Origin: an archaeon
GTDB taxonomy: Archaea; Iainarchaeota; Iainarchaeia; Iainarchaeales; CSSED10-239
DNA length: 26,653 nt
Reading direction: 5' to 3'
NCBI GenBank assembly: GCA_035357435.1
Contig: DAOPNM010000004.1
Location: 1 to 26,653, forward strand
Shown here piece by piece: positions 1 to 8,893 of this stretch (position 1 is its first letter; every line of letters starts with the position of its first letter). The notes under the pieces were generated by a model. That model had not been told where the DNA came from, ran no database searches, and saw only the letters and a list, made by a program, of their open reading frames with translations. Position numbers and translations under genes: made by a program.

Positions 1-3
1 ATA

Positions 4-75
4 AGCTTCTGGCGGGACTTGAACCCGCGACCTCAACCTTACCAAGGTTGTGCTCTACCACTGAGCCACAGAAGC
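4..75 (-). tRNA. tRNA-Thr (anticodon GGU)
   Basis: The reverse complement folds as a cloverleaf. Acceptor GCTTCTG/CAGAAGC, D-arm GCTC-AGTGGTA-GAGC, anticodon stem CAACC/GGTTG with loop TTGGTAA (GGT at 34-36), T-arm GCGGG-TTCAAGT-CCCGC. CCA is not encoded. Confidence 0.9.
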
Positions 76-121
76 ATTGTTTGTTTTTAATAGTTTGTAA
101 AAACTTTTTTCTTTTTTATAT

Positions 122-141
122 AAAAAAAGAAAAAATTAAAA
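122..141 (-). terminator. oligo-T tract downstream of tRNA-His (candidate archaeal terminator)
   Basis: The minus strand reads CTTTTAATTTTTTCTTTTTTA directly after the tRNA-His 3' end. Archaeal RNA polymerase terminates at T-runs. Confidence 0.35.
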
Positions 142-142
142 G

Positions 143-215
143 GGTCCGTACCGAGATTCGAACTCGGCCTCTGGGGTCCACAGTCCCAGATGCTAACCAC
201 TACACCATACGGACC
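143..215 (-). tRNA. tRNA-His (anticodon GUG) with genomically encoded G-1
   Basis: Reverse complement: G(-1), acceptor GTCCGTA/TACGGAC, discriminator C73, U8, A14, G18G19, anticodon loop CTGTGGA (GTG), T-arm CCGAG-TTCGAAT-CTCGG. The G-1:C73 pair is the His identity element. The anticodon stem has one A31-C39 mismatch. Confidence 0.85.
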
Positions 216-330
216 ATTAGTTTCTGTTTTTAAACCATGACTAAATAAATTAGGTTTAAATATATTTATAAACATTAATTTTTATAACCATTACCTAAAG
301 AATATATAACAAATATACAAAAGTGAAAAA

Positions 331-897
331 ATGATACCAAATAAACAACAAACAATTGAAATTTTAAAAAAATATGTAACTAAAGAAGCAAACATAGATC
401 ATTGTTTATTAGTTGGATATGGAATGTTAGGAATATCTAAATATTTAAACAAACCAGAAAATGAACAAGATTATTGGTTTGCTGTAGGAACATTACATGA
501 TATTGATATAGAACTATTTGGAGAAGATATTAAACAACATACTATAATTGGAGAAAAACTATTAAAACAAGAAAATATAGATCCACAAATAATTGAAGAT
601 ATAAAAAGCCACAATGAAGCAATTTATCCTCAAAGAACAAAAGATATTCAACATGCTTTATTTTCTTTAGATGGATTAACTGGAATAATTAGAGCTTATG
701 TTCTTATGAGACCTGATAAAAACATACAAAATGCAGAAACAAAATCAATATTAAAAAAAATTAAAGATAAATATTTTGCAACAGCAATTAATAGAGAAAA
801 AATTCAATTATGCGAAACAACATTAAATATTCCTTTAGAAAAATTTATTGATATAACATTAACAGAAATAAAATTAAATTGGAAAAAAGAAATATGA
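331..897 (+). CDS. HD-superfamily metal-dependent phosphohydrolase
   Basis: 188-aa ORF with an ATG start. It carries a His...HD...D pattern (IDHCLLVG ... GTLHDIDIE) typical of small HD-domain hydrolases. Its TGA stop overlaps the next gene's ATG (ATGA). Confidence 0.7.
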   Translation: MIPNKQQTIEILKKYVTKEANIDHCLLVGYGMLGISKYLNKPENEQDYWFAVGTLHDIDIELFGEDIKQHTIIGEKLLKQENIDPQIIEDIKSHNEAIYPQRTKDIQHALFSLDGLTGIIRAYVLMRPDKNIQNAETKSILKKIKDKYFATAINREKIQLCETTLNIPLEKFIDITLTEIKLNWKKEI

Positions 898-2012
898 CAA
901 ATATTCTTTTTTGTGTGTGTGGATTGGGATTAGGGCATGTAACTAGAAGCTTGTCAATAATTAAATATTATGTAAACAATAAGAATAACAAAATATTTAT
1001 TTATTCAGAAAAAAATGTTTTAGAATTTCTAAAAAATGAATTCCCAAATTATAAAAACATAATATTAATTGAAAACAAAAATCCATATCCTGATTTGGAA
1101 AGAGGAAAAAATAATTTAGAACAAACATATTATATGATAATTGATGGCTTAAATATGCCAAAAATTATAAAAAAAGAAAACAAAATTATTCAAAAAATTA
1201 TACAACAAAATAAAATAGATACAATTATTTCTGATGGAATATACGGGGCATACTCTGAACAAACACCTTGCTTTCTAATAACTCATCAATTGGAATTTCA
1301 AATAAGTGGATTTCGTAAAATATTTGGGAAAATAAGTGATCCTTATAATCTATCTATTTTTAAAAAATATACAAAAATACTTGTTTTAGATTACAAAGAT
1401 GAAAAAATAAGTATTGCTGGAAAATTAGCAACCTCAAAATATAGAAAAAACAAAAAATTTGTGTATGTTGGGATTTTATCACAATATCATAAAATCAAAA
1501 TAAAAAAAGATATTGATTATTTAGTAATAATTAGTGGATACTTAAAAAAACATAAACAAGAATTTTATAACAAACTCTTAAATGTTTTAAAAAAGAAACC
1601 AGGAAAAAAAGTTTTTATCATGGGAGATTACATTAATGATTATCATAAACAACTTCCTGGAAATATAGAAATATATTCTTCATTTAAAAACTTAGACAAA
1701 AACAAAATATATAATAGAGCAAAAATTATTGTTTCTAGAACAGGATATTCAACACTAATGGATTTAGTGGAACTAAATAAAGATGGAATATTAATACCAA
1801 CACCAAATTGTAGTGAACAAGTGTATCTTGGAAAATATCATTTAAACAAAGGATATTTTAATATAATTTTAAATCAAAAAAATATAAATGAAACAACTTT
1901 TAAACATAATTTCCATAATACATATTTAATTAAAAACACTAATTTACCTAAAACAAAAGATAGTATTAAACTAATAACTCAAACAATTGAAAAATATGGA
2001 AAAAAACAATAA
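894..2012 (+). CDS. GT28/MurG-like glycosyltransferase (MJ1255-type)
   Basis: N-terminal Gly-rich loop CGLGLGHVTRS. C-terminal motif IVSRTGYSTLMDLVELNKDGILIPTP..SEQ resembles the Glyco_tran_28_C nucleotide-sugar binding region. The ORF track starts at a TTG (879). I prefer ATG 894, which forms an ATGA overlap with the HD gene stop. Confidence 0.7.
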   Translation: MTNILFCVCGLGLGHVTRSLSIIKYYVNNKNNKIFIYSEKNVLEFLKNEFPNYKNIILIENKNPYPDLERGKNNLEQTYYMIIDGLNMPKIIKKENKIIQKIIQQNKIDTIISDGIYGAYSEQTPCFLITHQLEFQISGFRKIFGKISDPYNLSIFKKYTKILVLDYKDEKISIAGKLATSKYRKNKKFVYVGILSQYHKIKIKKDIDYLVIISGYLKKHKQEFYNKLLNVLKKKPGKKVFIMGDYINDYHKQLPGNIEIYSSFKNLDKNKIYNRAKIIVSRTGYSTLMDLVELNKDGILIPTPNCSEQVYLGKYHLNKGYFNIILNQKNINETTFKHNFHNTYLIKNTNLPKTKDSIKLITQTIEKYGKKQ

Positions 2013-2730
2013 AGAAAAAAATACTAAACAAGAAGACCTAAATAAATTTGATTTACATATCCATTCTAAATATTCATGGGATGCAAAATCGGATCCTAAA
2101 AAAATAATTAAACAAGCAAAAATAGAAGGACTTACTGGAATTGCAATCACAGATCATGACACTACAAAAGAGTGGAGTGTATTTGAAAAACTTGCAAAAG
2201 AAAATAATCTAGTGTACATTAAAGGAGAAGAAATTACATTAAAAGAAAAAGAAAAAACAACAGGACATGCACTTGCACTTTTTATTAATCAAGAAATCAA
2301 ATCAAAAGAATTATATGAAATTGCAGATGAAGTAAAAGCACAAGATGGAATCCTTATTGCAGCACACCCATTTGAAAGAATGGGACCTCCTTTTTTCTTA
2401 AATGAATTTACTGAAATGTTAAAAAATAAGAAATTTAGAAAAAAAACAATTAATGGTGTTGAAACATTCAATGGAAGAATATTTATACAAAAATATAATC
2501 AAAAAGCAAAAAATATTGCAAACAAATATAAACTTCTACAAACAGCAGGGTCAGATGCACATGAAGTTGATGCAATTGGTAGAGGATATATTACAACATA
2601 TGCAGAAACAGAACATGAACTTATAAAACAAATAAAAAGAAAAAAAAATCTTGTTAATGGGACACCTTCTTCTTTATGGCAGGCGTGTAGATCGTATGTT
2701 TATTCATTAAACTGTATAATGACTAAATAA
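1996..2730 (+). CDS. PHP-domain metal-dependent phosphoesterase
   Basis: FDLHIHSKYSWDA ... GIAITDHDT ... AAHPF ... GSDAHE are the conserved His/Asp clusters of the PHP fold. The ORF track start 1987 is TTG, and the first ATG is 1996. The gene overlaps the 3' end of the glycosyltransferase. Confidence 0.75.
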   Translation: MEKNNKEKNTKQEDLNKFDLHIHSKYSWDAKSDPKKIIKQAKIEGLTGIAITDHDTTKEWSVFEKLAKENNLVYIKGEEITLKEKEKTTGHALALFINQEIKSKELYEIADEVKAQDGILIAAHPFERMGPPFFLNEFTEMLKNKKFRKKTINGVETFNGRIFIQKYNQKAKNIANKYKLLQTAGSDAHEVDAIGRGYITTYAETEHELIKQIKRKKNLVNGTPSSLWQACRSYVYSLNCIMTK

Positions 2731-2770
2731 AAATAGTTAAAAAAACTGCCCAATACATCACAAGTAATAA

Positions 2771-3244
2771 TTAAGAAAATGTAGACAACCAATTACCTAA
2801 ATAATATGTCACAACTATAACTAATACAGTTATGGCAACATGCTCTAAAATAACTTTATATGGTTTAATATGCTGTTTTTTTGCCAAAATGTATGAAATT
2901 ATCCAAATTAATAATAACCCATATATAACAGAAACAATAATTGCAACTGATAAAGAAAACAACAAAAATGGAACAATAAAAGTTAACGCAAAAATAAACT
3001 TAGATAAAAATGTAGAAAATGTTGCTTGCCAAACAGATTTAGGTGTACTTTTTTTTTCATACTCTGATGAAATATGCATACCAAAAGCATCAGAAAGAGC
3101 ATCTGCAATAGCTATTAAAATTATTCCAGTAACTACAATTGTTGTAGAATGCGTACTTGCATCTAAACCAATAATTAAACCTAATGTAGTAATAACACCA
3201 GAAGTTATCCCAAACCCTAAACCTTTCCTATTTGATGAATTCAT
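2771..3244 (-). CDS. VIT1/CCC1-family membrane protein (short, membrane-domain-only form)
   Basis: Sequence GLGFGITSGVITTLGLIIGL...IAIADALSDAFGMHISSE plus further TM helices resembles the CCC1/VIT1 transporter membrane domain. The ORF is open up to 3469, but that extension runs into top6A and is low-complexity. The start is therefore set at the ATG of MNSSNRK (3244). Confidence 0.6.
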   Translation of the reverse strand: MNSSNRKGLGFGITSGVITTLGLIIGLDASTHSTTIVVTGIILIAIADALSDAFGMHISSEYEKKSTPKSVWQATFSTFLSKFIFALTFIVPFLLFSLSVAIIVSVIYGLLLIWIISYILAKKQHIKPYKVILEHVAITVLVIVVTYYLGNWLSTFS

Positions 3245-3372
3245 ATTTTTCGTATAAAGGTACATTAAAATTATTAATATTTTAAAAAAATTATAACAAA
3301 ATAGTTTAAATATGTTTCTTTTTAAGAATAACAGATATAAATAACTGTTGATTAAAAAATATAACAAACAAA

Positions 3373-3389
3373 GTGTCCAAGAAATAATG
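3373..3389. repeat. 17-nt intergenic motif GTGTCCAAGAAATAATG (copy 1 of 3)
   Basis: Matches GTGYCCAAGAWWTAATG, also found at 25305 and 25446. It lies 22 nt downstream of the top6A stop on the minus strand. Confidence 0.6.
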
Positions 3390-3410
3390 ATTTTTTTAAA
3401 AATAAAAAAA

Positions 3411-4574
3411 TTATTCTTCAACAAATTTTTGATTTGCAATTTTCTCAGGAAGATATTTTTTAGCAACAAAATCTAAAGATTTATTTGCTAATGCCTGTTG
3501 CTCTATTCTGATTTTTTTATCAATTGCAATTTTTAATTGGTTTTGCCAAGCTTTACTTTTAAACCAAGGATAATCCATTAGTTCTTTTGCTCTCTTTATA
3601 TCTCCTTCCTTCATTTTTTCTGTAACATTTTGTAGCCCATATTCTTCAACATCTGTTAAGGTCATACCAACATATCTTGCATCAGGGACAGATAAGTATT
3701 TAGAATGTGCAGCTAATGCCATAGATCCACTTTTTATAACTGAATAAATATACCAACCATATGGATCTCCATCTGTAAATACAATTACAGGTAAATCGTA
3801 TTCATAATGCAATCTGTGTATTAATCTTCTAGCACCTCTTGCTGCCTGCCCAGAGGTACCAATTAATATTGCATTATTTTTTTTTGCATAACCTTCTTCT
3901 ATTAATCTACCATACATAGCAGATGTTTCAATAACTAAAAGAAAATCTGCATTTACATCAACAATTTCTACTTCTTCTGGTTCAATTCTTGACATTATAG
4001 ACCAACCACCTCTGCCAAGTTTTGAACAATTAAATTCATCATTTTTATGTTTTAAATCTCTTAATGTTATATCCCCATATAAAGCACCACGTGGTTCTGC
4101 ATTTAATCCCAATTTTTCTCTAATTGTATTTGCAGAATGTTCCAAATCAACAATTACATCATTTGATTCCTCTTGTGCATCAAAGATGTTTTCATTAGTG
4201 CCTTTTATATTCTTTTTAAGTTCATAATAAATTTCTCTAATAGAAGCAGTTTTTCCTTCTTGTAAATATTCATAACATTTAGAATTGATTTCCATAGTTT
4301 GCATAAACTTTCTAGCAGCACCTAAATTTAAAAAATGCCTTGTAACTTGTTTGTCGCCTAATTGAATATATCCATTTTTTTCATCAAAATAAACATTATT
4401 TAAACCTCTTACTTTTGTTGTAAATGTAGGTGGATGTTTATGTTCTATTTGATGAACAACATTTTCTGCAATTCCATATAGTTTCCTTGCAATTTCTTCA
4501 CTTGTTTCTGTTTCATAAGATTCTAATTTTTTAGCTTTTTTTTCTTTTTTATCTACAGCCATAATTAACCACAT
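3411..4574 (-). CDS. top6A: DNA topoisomerase VI subunit A (Spo11-like)
   Basis: 387 aa. The Toprim region has VIETSAMYGRL and VFTDGDPYGWYIY motifs. It sits immediately downstream of top6B, the canonical operon order. An alternative in-frame ATG lies at 4562. Confidence 0.93.
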   Translation of the reverse strand: MWLIMAVDKKEKKAKKLESYETETSEEIARKLYGIAENVVHQIEHKHPPTFTTKVRGLNNVYFDEKNGYIQLGDKQVTRHFLNLGAARKFMQTMEINSKCYEYLQEGKTASIREIYYELKKNIKGTNENIFDAQEESNDVIVDLEHSANTIREKLGLNAEPRGALYGDITLRDLKHKNDEFNCSKLGRGGWSIMSRIEPEEVEIVDVNADFLLVIETSAMYGRLIEEGYAKKNNAILIGTSGQAARGARRLIHRLHYEYDLPVIVFTDGDPYGWYIYSVIKSGSMALAAHSKYLSVPDARYVGMTLTDVEEYGLQNVTEKMKEGDIKRAKELMDYPWFKSKAWQNQLKIAIDKKIRIEQQALANKSLDFVAKKYLPEKIANQKFVEE

Positions 4575-4593
4575 TTATTTTTAATAAAAAAAA

Positions 4594-6339
4594 TTATTCT
4601 TCATCACCCATGTTTTCATCTTCAATCATATATTCTTCTTCCACTACTTTTTCTCCTCTAGCTTCTGCCTCATCTTCCATTTTTAATTTTTCTAGAACCA
4701 TTGTGTCTAGATTTTTTTGTAAAAGCTTAGCATCTGCATTTGTAACTTTCACTAATGCTTCTACAACATATGGAGAATATTTTGCAAACACTTTTCTTTT
4801 TTCTTTCTTTTCTGCTTCCCTTTTTTTCTGAATTAAATAAACACCTAATCTTCTTCCAACATCCATTATTGCTAATTTAATTTCTGAAACAATCTCTTCT
4901 TCATCAGCAATAGCTGTTTTACCTGCAGAAGTATAAGGAATATGCACAGAAATTATATTAACTAATAAAGTTATTGGACTGGTATCAAAATTTTGTATAC
5001 CATATCTTTTCCAATCAACAGAAGAAACAGTTTTTGTAATTGCACAACCACCTGCATCGAATAACAATGGAGCTTTATTTGCATATCTTATGATTTCTGC
5101 AACTCTTATTTCCTTTGATTGTTTTTCATCTAAATTATTTGGTTTTTTTTGAAAAGTGGACAAATCTATAGAAACTAATCTACCAGCATTTCCACCATAC
5201 GCCAAACCAACCTCTACCTGGAATGCATAACCACCTTTATAAACAGATGGCTTTCTTGTATATACAAAACAAAACTCTGGAGAAACCATTTCTTTTAATG
5301 ATTTTTCAATATACTTTTCTTGAATTGGAACTAAACCTTCAGTACTTGGTGCAATAAATTTAATTTTCTTAATTGCATTAACTAGTTGTTCTGCTTCATC
5401 CCAACTTAATTTTTTTGGATCTTTATTAATATCAAAATCAATTAAATTTTTTACATCTTCTACAGCCTTTGTACCAAATCTATCAAATGTTGACATTAAA
5501 AAAGAAGAAACTTTTCTTGCATCTGTATATCTTGCTAAAGTTAACAACTCATCTACGGAAACACCTTTGGGATGTGGTTTTACTTCTTTTGCAAGAGAAG
5601 GTAATTCTTTTACAACCCTTTTATATTCTGTAAGTTCCCCAAATGGATCAGTAAATTTAATTGAAGCATGTGGGTTTGCTAATGCTGTTCTTCTTAAATA
5701 TTCATCAACACTAATTTGCCCTTTTTTATATTGAACTTCTTTAAATTTGGCTTTAACAATTAAGCCCCTAAATTTTTTATCTAAATAATGTTTGTCATAA
5801 ATTTTTGGAGAATTTGTTTTACTATCAATACTTATATCTAAACAATATGTTTTTCCATTAGTAGTACCGGACACAATATGTGTTGGCTTTCCAGTAGTAA
5901 TTTGGGAAAATAAAATAATACCACTAACACCAATACCTTGTTGTCCTCTCATTTGGATTAATCTATGAAATTTAGTTCCAGCTAATAACTTTCCAAGTGC
6001 TTGACCAACTTTATCTTCTGGAATTCCTGGGCCATTATCACTAACAGAAACTTCATAATACTCTTCTCCAATCTCTGATATTTGAACCTCTATATCTGGA
6101 AGAATGCCAGCTTCTTCACAGGCATCTAATGAATTTGTTACTAACTCATGAACAATTGTTGTTAATGTTCTTTGTTTCCCATAAAGGCCTAACATTTGTC
6201 TATTTTTTTTGAAAAAATCAGCAACAGAATGTTCTTTTAATTCTTCAAAAAGTTTTTCTGCACTAATTCCATCTTTTGAAATAGAAGGTTTTTTTTCAGA
6301 ATCTATTTGCTCAACATTAACTTGTTTTTGATCAACCAT
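4594..6339 (-). CDS. top6B: DNA topoisomerase VI subunit B (GHKL ATPase)
   Basis: 581 aa. Bergerat-fold motifs are ELVTNSLDA, DNGPGI and GQQGIGVSG, followed by an acidic C-terminal tail. An AGGAAG Shine-Dalgarno-like element lies upstream. Confidence 0.93.
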   Translation of the reverse strand: MVDQKQVNVEQIDSEKKPSISKDGISAEKLFEELKEHSVADFFKKNRQMLGLYGKQRTLTTIVHELVTNSLDACEEAGILPDIEVQISEIGEEYYEVSVSDNGPGIPEDKVGQALGKLLAGTKFHRLIQMRGQQGIGVSGIILFSQITTGKPTHIVSGTTNGKTYCLDISIDSKTNSPKIYDKHYLDKKFRGLIVKAKFKEVQYKKGQISVDEYLRRTALANPHASIKFTDPFGELTEYKRVVKELPSLAKEVKPHPKGVSVDELLTLARYTDARKVSSFLMSTFDRFGTKAVEDVKNLIDFDINKDPKKLSWDEAEQLVNAIKKIKFIAPSTEGLVPIQEKYIEKSLKEMVSPEFCFVYTRKPSVYKGGYAFQVEVGLAYGGNAGRLVSIDLSTFQKKPNNLDEKQSKEIRVAEIIRYANKAPLLFDAGGCAITKTVSSVDWKRYGIQNFDTSPITLLVNIISVHIPYTSAGKTAIADEEEIVSEIKLAIMDVGRRLGVYLIQKKREAEKKEKRKVFAKYSPYVVEALVKVTNADAKLLQKNLDTMVLEKLKMEDEAEARGEKVVEEEYMIEDENMGDEE

Positions 6340-6583
6340 AATAATCTTCCTGAAATTAAATTTTTAAATAGATAAACAATATTATTTAATAATCTGTTTT
6401 ATATAAAATAATTAAATTAATTTTATAGGATACTATAATATAATATATCTAAATATATTTATAAATAGATTTGTATAAAATAAAAAAATAAATATAGGGG
6501 CCATAATGCTACAAAATAACCACACCAAATATAAGCATTTACACACAATTTAATTAATATAAACACAGAAAAAAAGAAAAATT

Positions 6584-8155
6584 ATGGAAAAAAAATATAT
6601 AGAAAATAAATATTATAAAAATTTAAAAGAAATAAATTATAAACAAATTCAAAAAAACAACAATAATATAGAAATAAATACACAAACTTTTTTGGAAATA
6701 TTTACTAAAATAATTCAAAAAAATACACCTAAAGAGAAATTTGGAATATTATTTAGCGGAGGAATAGATTCTCTATTGATTGCATGTATTTGTAAAAATT
6801 TAAAGCTTAATTTTAAATGCTATTTTGCATATGTTGAAGATTTGGGAAAACCAAAAGATTTAGAGTTTGCAGAGTACGCTTGTGAAAAATTAAATTTAGA
6901 ATTAGTAAAAGTACCAATTAAATATACAGAAATGCCAAAAACGATAAATTATGTTTTATCTCAAATTATTATGGAAAATTATATAGATGTAATTTCTGGA
7001 TTGCCTATCTATTATGCATGTAAACAAGCTTCAAAAGAAAAAATTAAAAAAGTAATTGTCGGGTGTGGTGCTGATGAACTATTTTGTGGATATGCAAAAT
7101 TTAAAGATGCAGAAGATATTAATAGCCTTTCATTAAATCTTTTAAAAAAAATGGAAAAAAATAATTTTTATAGAGATTGGAAGATTGGAGAACTAAATGA
7201 TATTGAAATTATTGCACCATATTTAGAAAAAGAAATAATTGACTTTAGTTTATCTCTTAAAAAAGAACAGAAACTTACAAAAAAACAAAATAAAATTATT
7301 TTAAGGAATGCACTTAAAAAAATCTTGCCTGACAAAAAACTTTATGAACGAAAAAAAACAGCTGCACAATATGGTGGGAATTTTGATAAAGGTGTAGATA
7401 AACTTGCAAGGCAAGCAAGATGCCAAGGAAAATTAGAATATTTAAATTTGCTTAAACAAGAAAACAATTTAAAATTAGGGGCATTATATTCTAGTGGTAA
7501 AGATTCAAATATCGCATTGTGGCATATGCAAAAACAAGGGTATGATATTAAATGTTTAATATCTATTATTCCAGAAACAAATGATTCATACATGTATCAA
7601 AAACCAAATTTAAAAATAATAATAGCACAATCAAAAGCACTAGGAATACCATTAATTATTAACAGAACAAAAGGTGAAAAAGAAAAGGAACTTAAAGAAC
7701 TTAAACAAGCATTAATTGAAGCTAAAAAAAAATATAATATACAAGGTGTCATAACAGGGGCATTAGCAAGTAATTATCAAAGAGAAAGAATTCAAAATAT
7801 ATGCAAAGAACTTAAATTAAAATTATTTGCACCATTATGGGGAATGACACAAGAAAATGAATTATTTGAATTACAAAAAAATAAATTTGAATATATTATG
7901 TGTAAAATTTCTGCTAAAGGATTAAACAAAGAATGGTTAAATAAAAAAATAGATTATAAAGATATTGAAAAACTAAAATTATTTAATACAAAATTTGGAT
8001 TTAATATTGCAGGAGAAGGAGGTGAATATGAAACAATTGTTTTAAATGCACCAAATTTTAAACAAAAAATAATTATTGAAAATTCAAAAAAAATTATGGA
8101 AAACGAATGCACAGGATATTTGGATATAAAAAAAATAAAATTGGAAAAAAATTAA
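6584..8155 (+). CDS. two-domain PP-loop ATP-pyrophosphatase: AsnB-type synthetase domain fused to Dph6/MJ0570-type diphthine-ammonia ligase domain
   Basis: The N-terminal half has SGGIDS, GCGADELFCGY, and the AsnB-like tail KIILRNALKKILPDKKLYERKK. The C-terminal half has YSSGKDS, ITGALASNYQRERI, APLWG and GEGGEYET, typical of the MJ0570/Dph6 family. The reading frame is one uninterrupted 523 codons. Confidence 0.75.
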   Translation: MEKKYIENKYYKNLKEINYKQIQKNNNNIEINTQTFLEIFTKIIQKNTPKEKFGILFSGGIDSLLIACICKNLKLNFKCYFAYVEDLGKPKDLEFAEYACEKLNLELVKVPIKYTEMPKTINYVLSQIIMENYIDVISGLPIYYACKQASKEKIKKVIVGCGADELFCGYAKFKDAEDINSLSLNLLKKMEKNNFYRDWKIGELNDIEIIAPYLEKEIIDFSLSLKKEQKLTKKQNKIILRNALKKILPDKKLYERKKTAAQYGGNFDKGVDKLARQARCQGKLEYLNLLKQENNLKLGALYSSGKDSNIALWHMQKQGYDIKCLISIIPETNDSYMYQKPNLKIIIAQSKALGIPLIINRTKGEKEKELKELKQALIEAKKKYNIQGVITGALASNYQRERIQNICKELKLKLFAPLWGMTQENELFELQKNKFEYIMCKISAKGLNKEWLNKKIDYKDIEKLKLFNTKFGFNIAGEGGEYETIVLNAPNFKQKIIIENSKKIMENECTGYLDIKKIKLEKN

Positions 8156-8158
8156 AAA

Positions 8159-8893
8159 TTATTTGTGTTTTTTAATATAAGCAATAACACTTCTTACTGT
8201 TCCTTTTTCTACTCCAATTACATTTAAAACCCATTCAATTTCATCATAAGATTTATTTGCTCTTTTAAAACCTTGAGCAATTTCTAATGGGCTTGCAGCT
8301 ATTGCTTTCATAGCTTTTCCAATATCGTATGTTTTAGCACCTGCTTCAACCATTGAAACAATTATTTCAGAGACAGGTGTATGCATTTTAGAAAAATTTT
8401 GTGCAATAGATTCTAAACTAACTTTTTCAGCAATTAATAATTTAACAGATTGTTTATCAGATAATTTTAAAGACCTACTAAATTTAATCAACTCAGAAAT
8501 TTGCCCACCTGCTCTGACATATTCATGAAAAATATCTCCAACTTTATAACCTAGTTCATAAATATTATTTAAAGAAAAATTATATTTAAATAAATCTGGC
8601 AAAAATAAAAATTTTTTTGTAAGCTCTTGGGCATTTATATTAAATATTTTTAAGAACTTCCCTGGTTCTTTTGTTTTACTTACTTCTACTAAAAATTCTG
8701 GCAAAGATCTATTTTTTAAGACTTCTAATTTCTTATAAACCTCATGAGGTGTTGGTTTTTTTTGAACATTTTTTGTTTTTGGAAAACTGTACTTTTCTGC
8801 TTTCTTTTCTTTTATTTGCCTTTCTTTCATTTGTGACAATGACCTTTTCTCTAATAGTGCCATAGTTTCACCATTTTTTATAACATAAAACAT
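8159..8893 (-). CDS. hypothetical protein (basic N-terminus, helical-repeat C-terminus)
   Basis: 244-aa ORF. Its ATG abuts the stop of the upstream KH gene (TAAATG), and there is no spacer to flanking genes. I recognise no family motif. Confidence 0.6.
   Translation of the reverse strand: MFYVIKNGETMALLEKRSLSQMKERQIKEKKAEKYSFPKTKNVQKKPTPHEVYKKLEVLKNRSLPEFLVEVSKTKEPGKFLKIFNINAQELTKKFLFLPDLFKYNFSLNNIYELGYKVGDIFHEYVRAGGQISELIKFSRSLKLSDKQSVKLLIAEKVSLESIAQNFSKMHTPVSEIIVSMVEAGAKTYDIGKAMKAIAASPLEIAQGFKRANKSYDEIEWVLNVIGVEKGTVRSVIAYIKKHK

Noticed and set aside
48-275. ORFs 48..233(+) and 87..275(-) from the six-frame track
   Set aside because: Both lie across the tRNA-Thr and tRNA-His genes and their T-rich spacer. 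The translations are low-complexity, so the tRNA interpretation explains the region.
2832-3257. 141-aa ORF on the plus strand
   Set aside because: It is entirely antisense to the VIT1-like membrane protein, has no motif, and is a typical shadow ORF.
3245-3469. N-terminal 75-codon extension of the VIT1-like ORF (track start 3469)
   Set aside because: The extension is Leu/Phe/Ile/Lys low-complexity, overlaps the 3' end of top6A, and precedes the point where family similarity begins. It is open only because AT-rich DNA lacks stops in this frame.
6340-6583. 244-nt extremely AT-rich divergent spacer between top6B and the PP-loop fusion gene, as a possible replication origin
   Set aside because: I could find no repeated ORB-like elements or inverted repeats, and there is no orc1/cdc6 gene in the window. 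It is most simply two divergent promoters.
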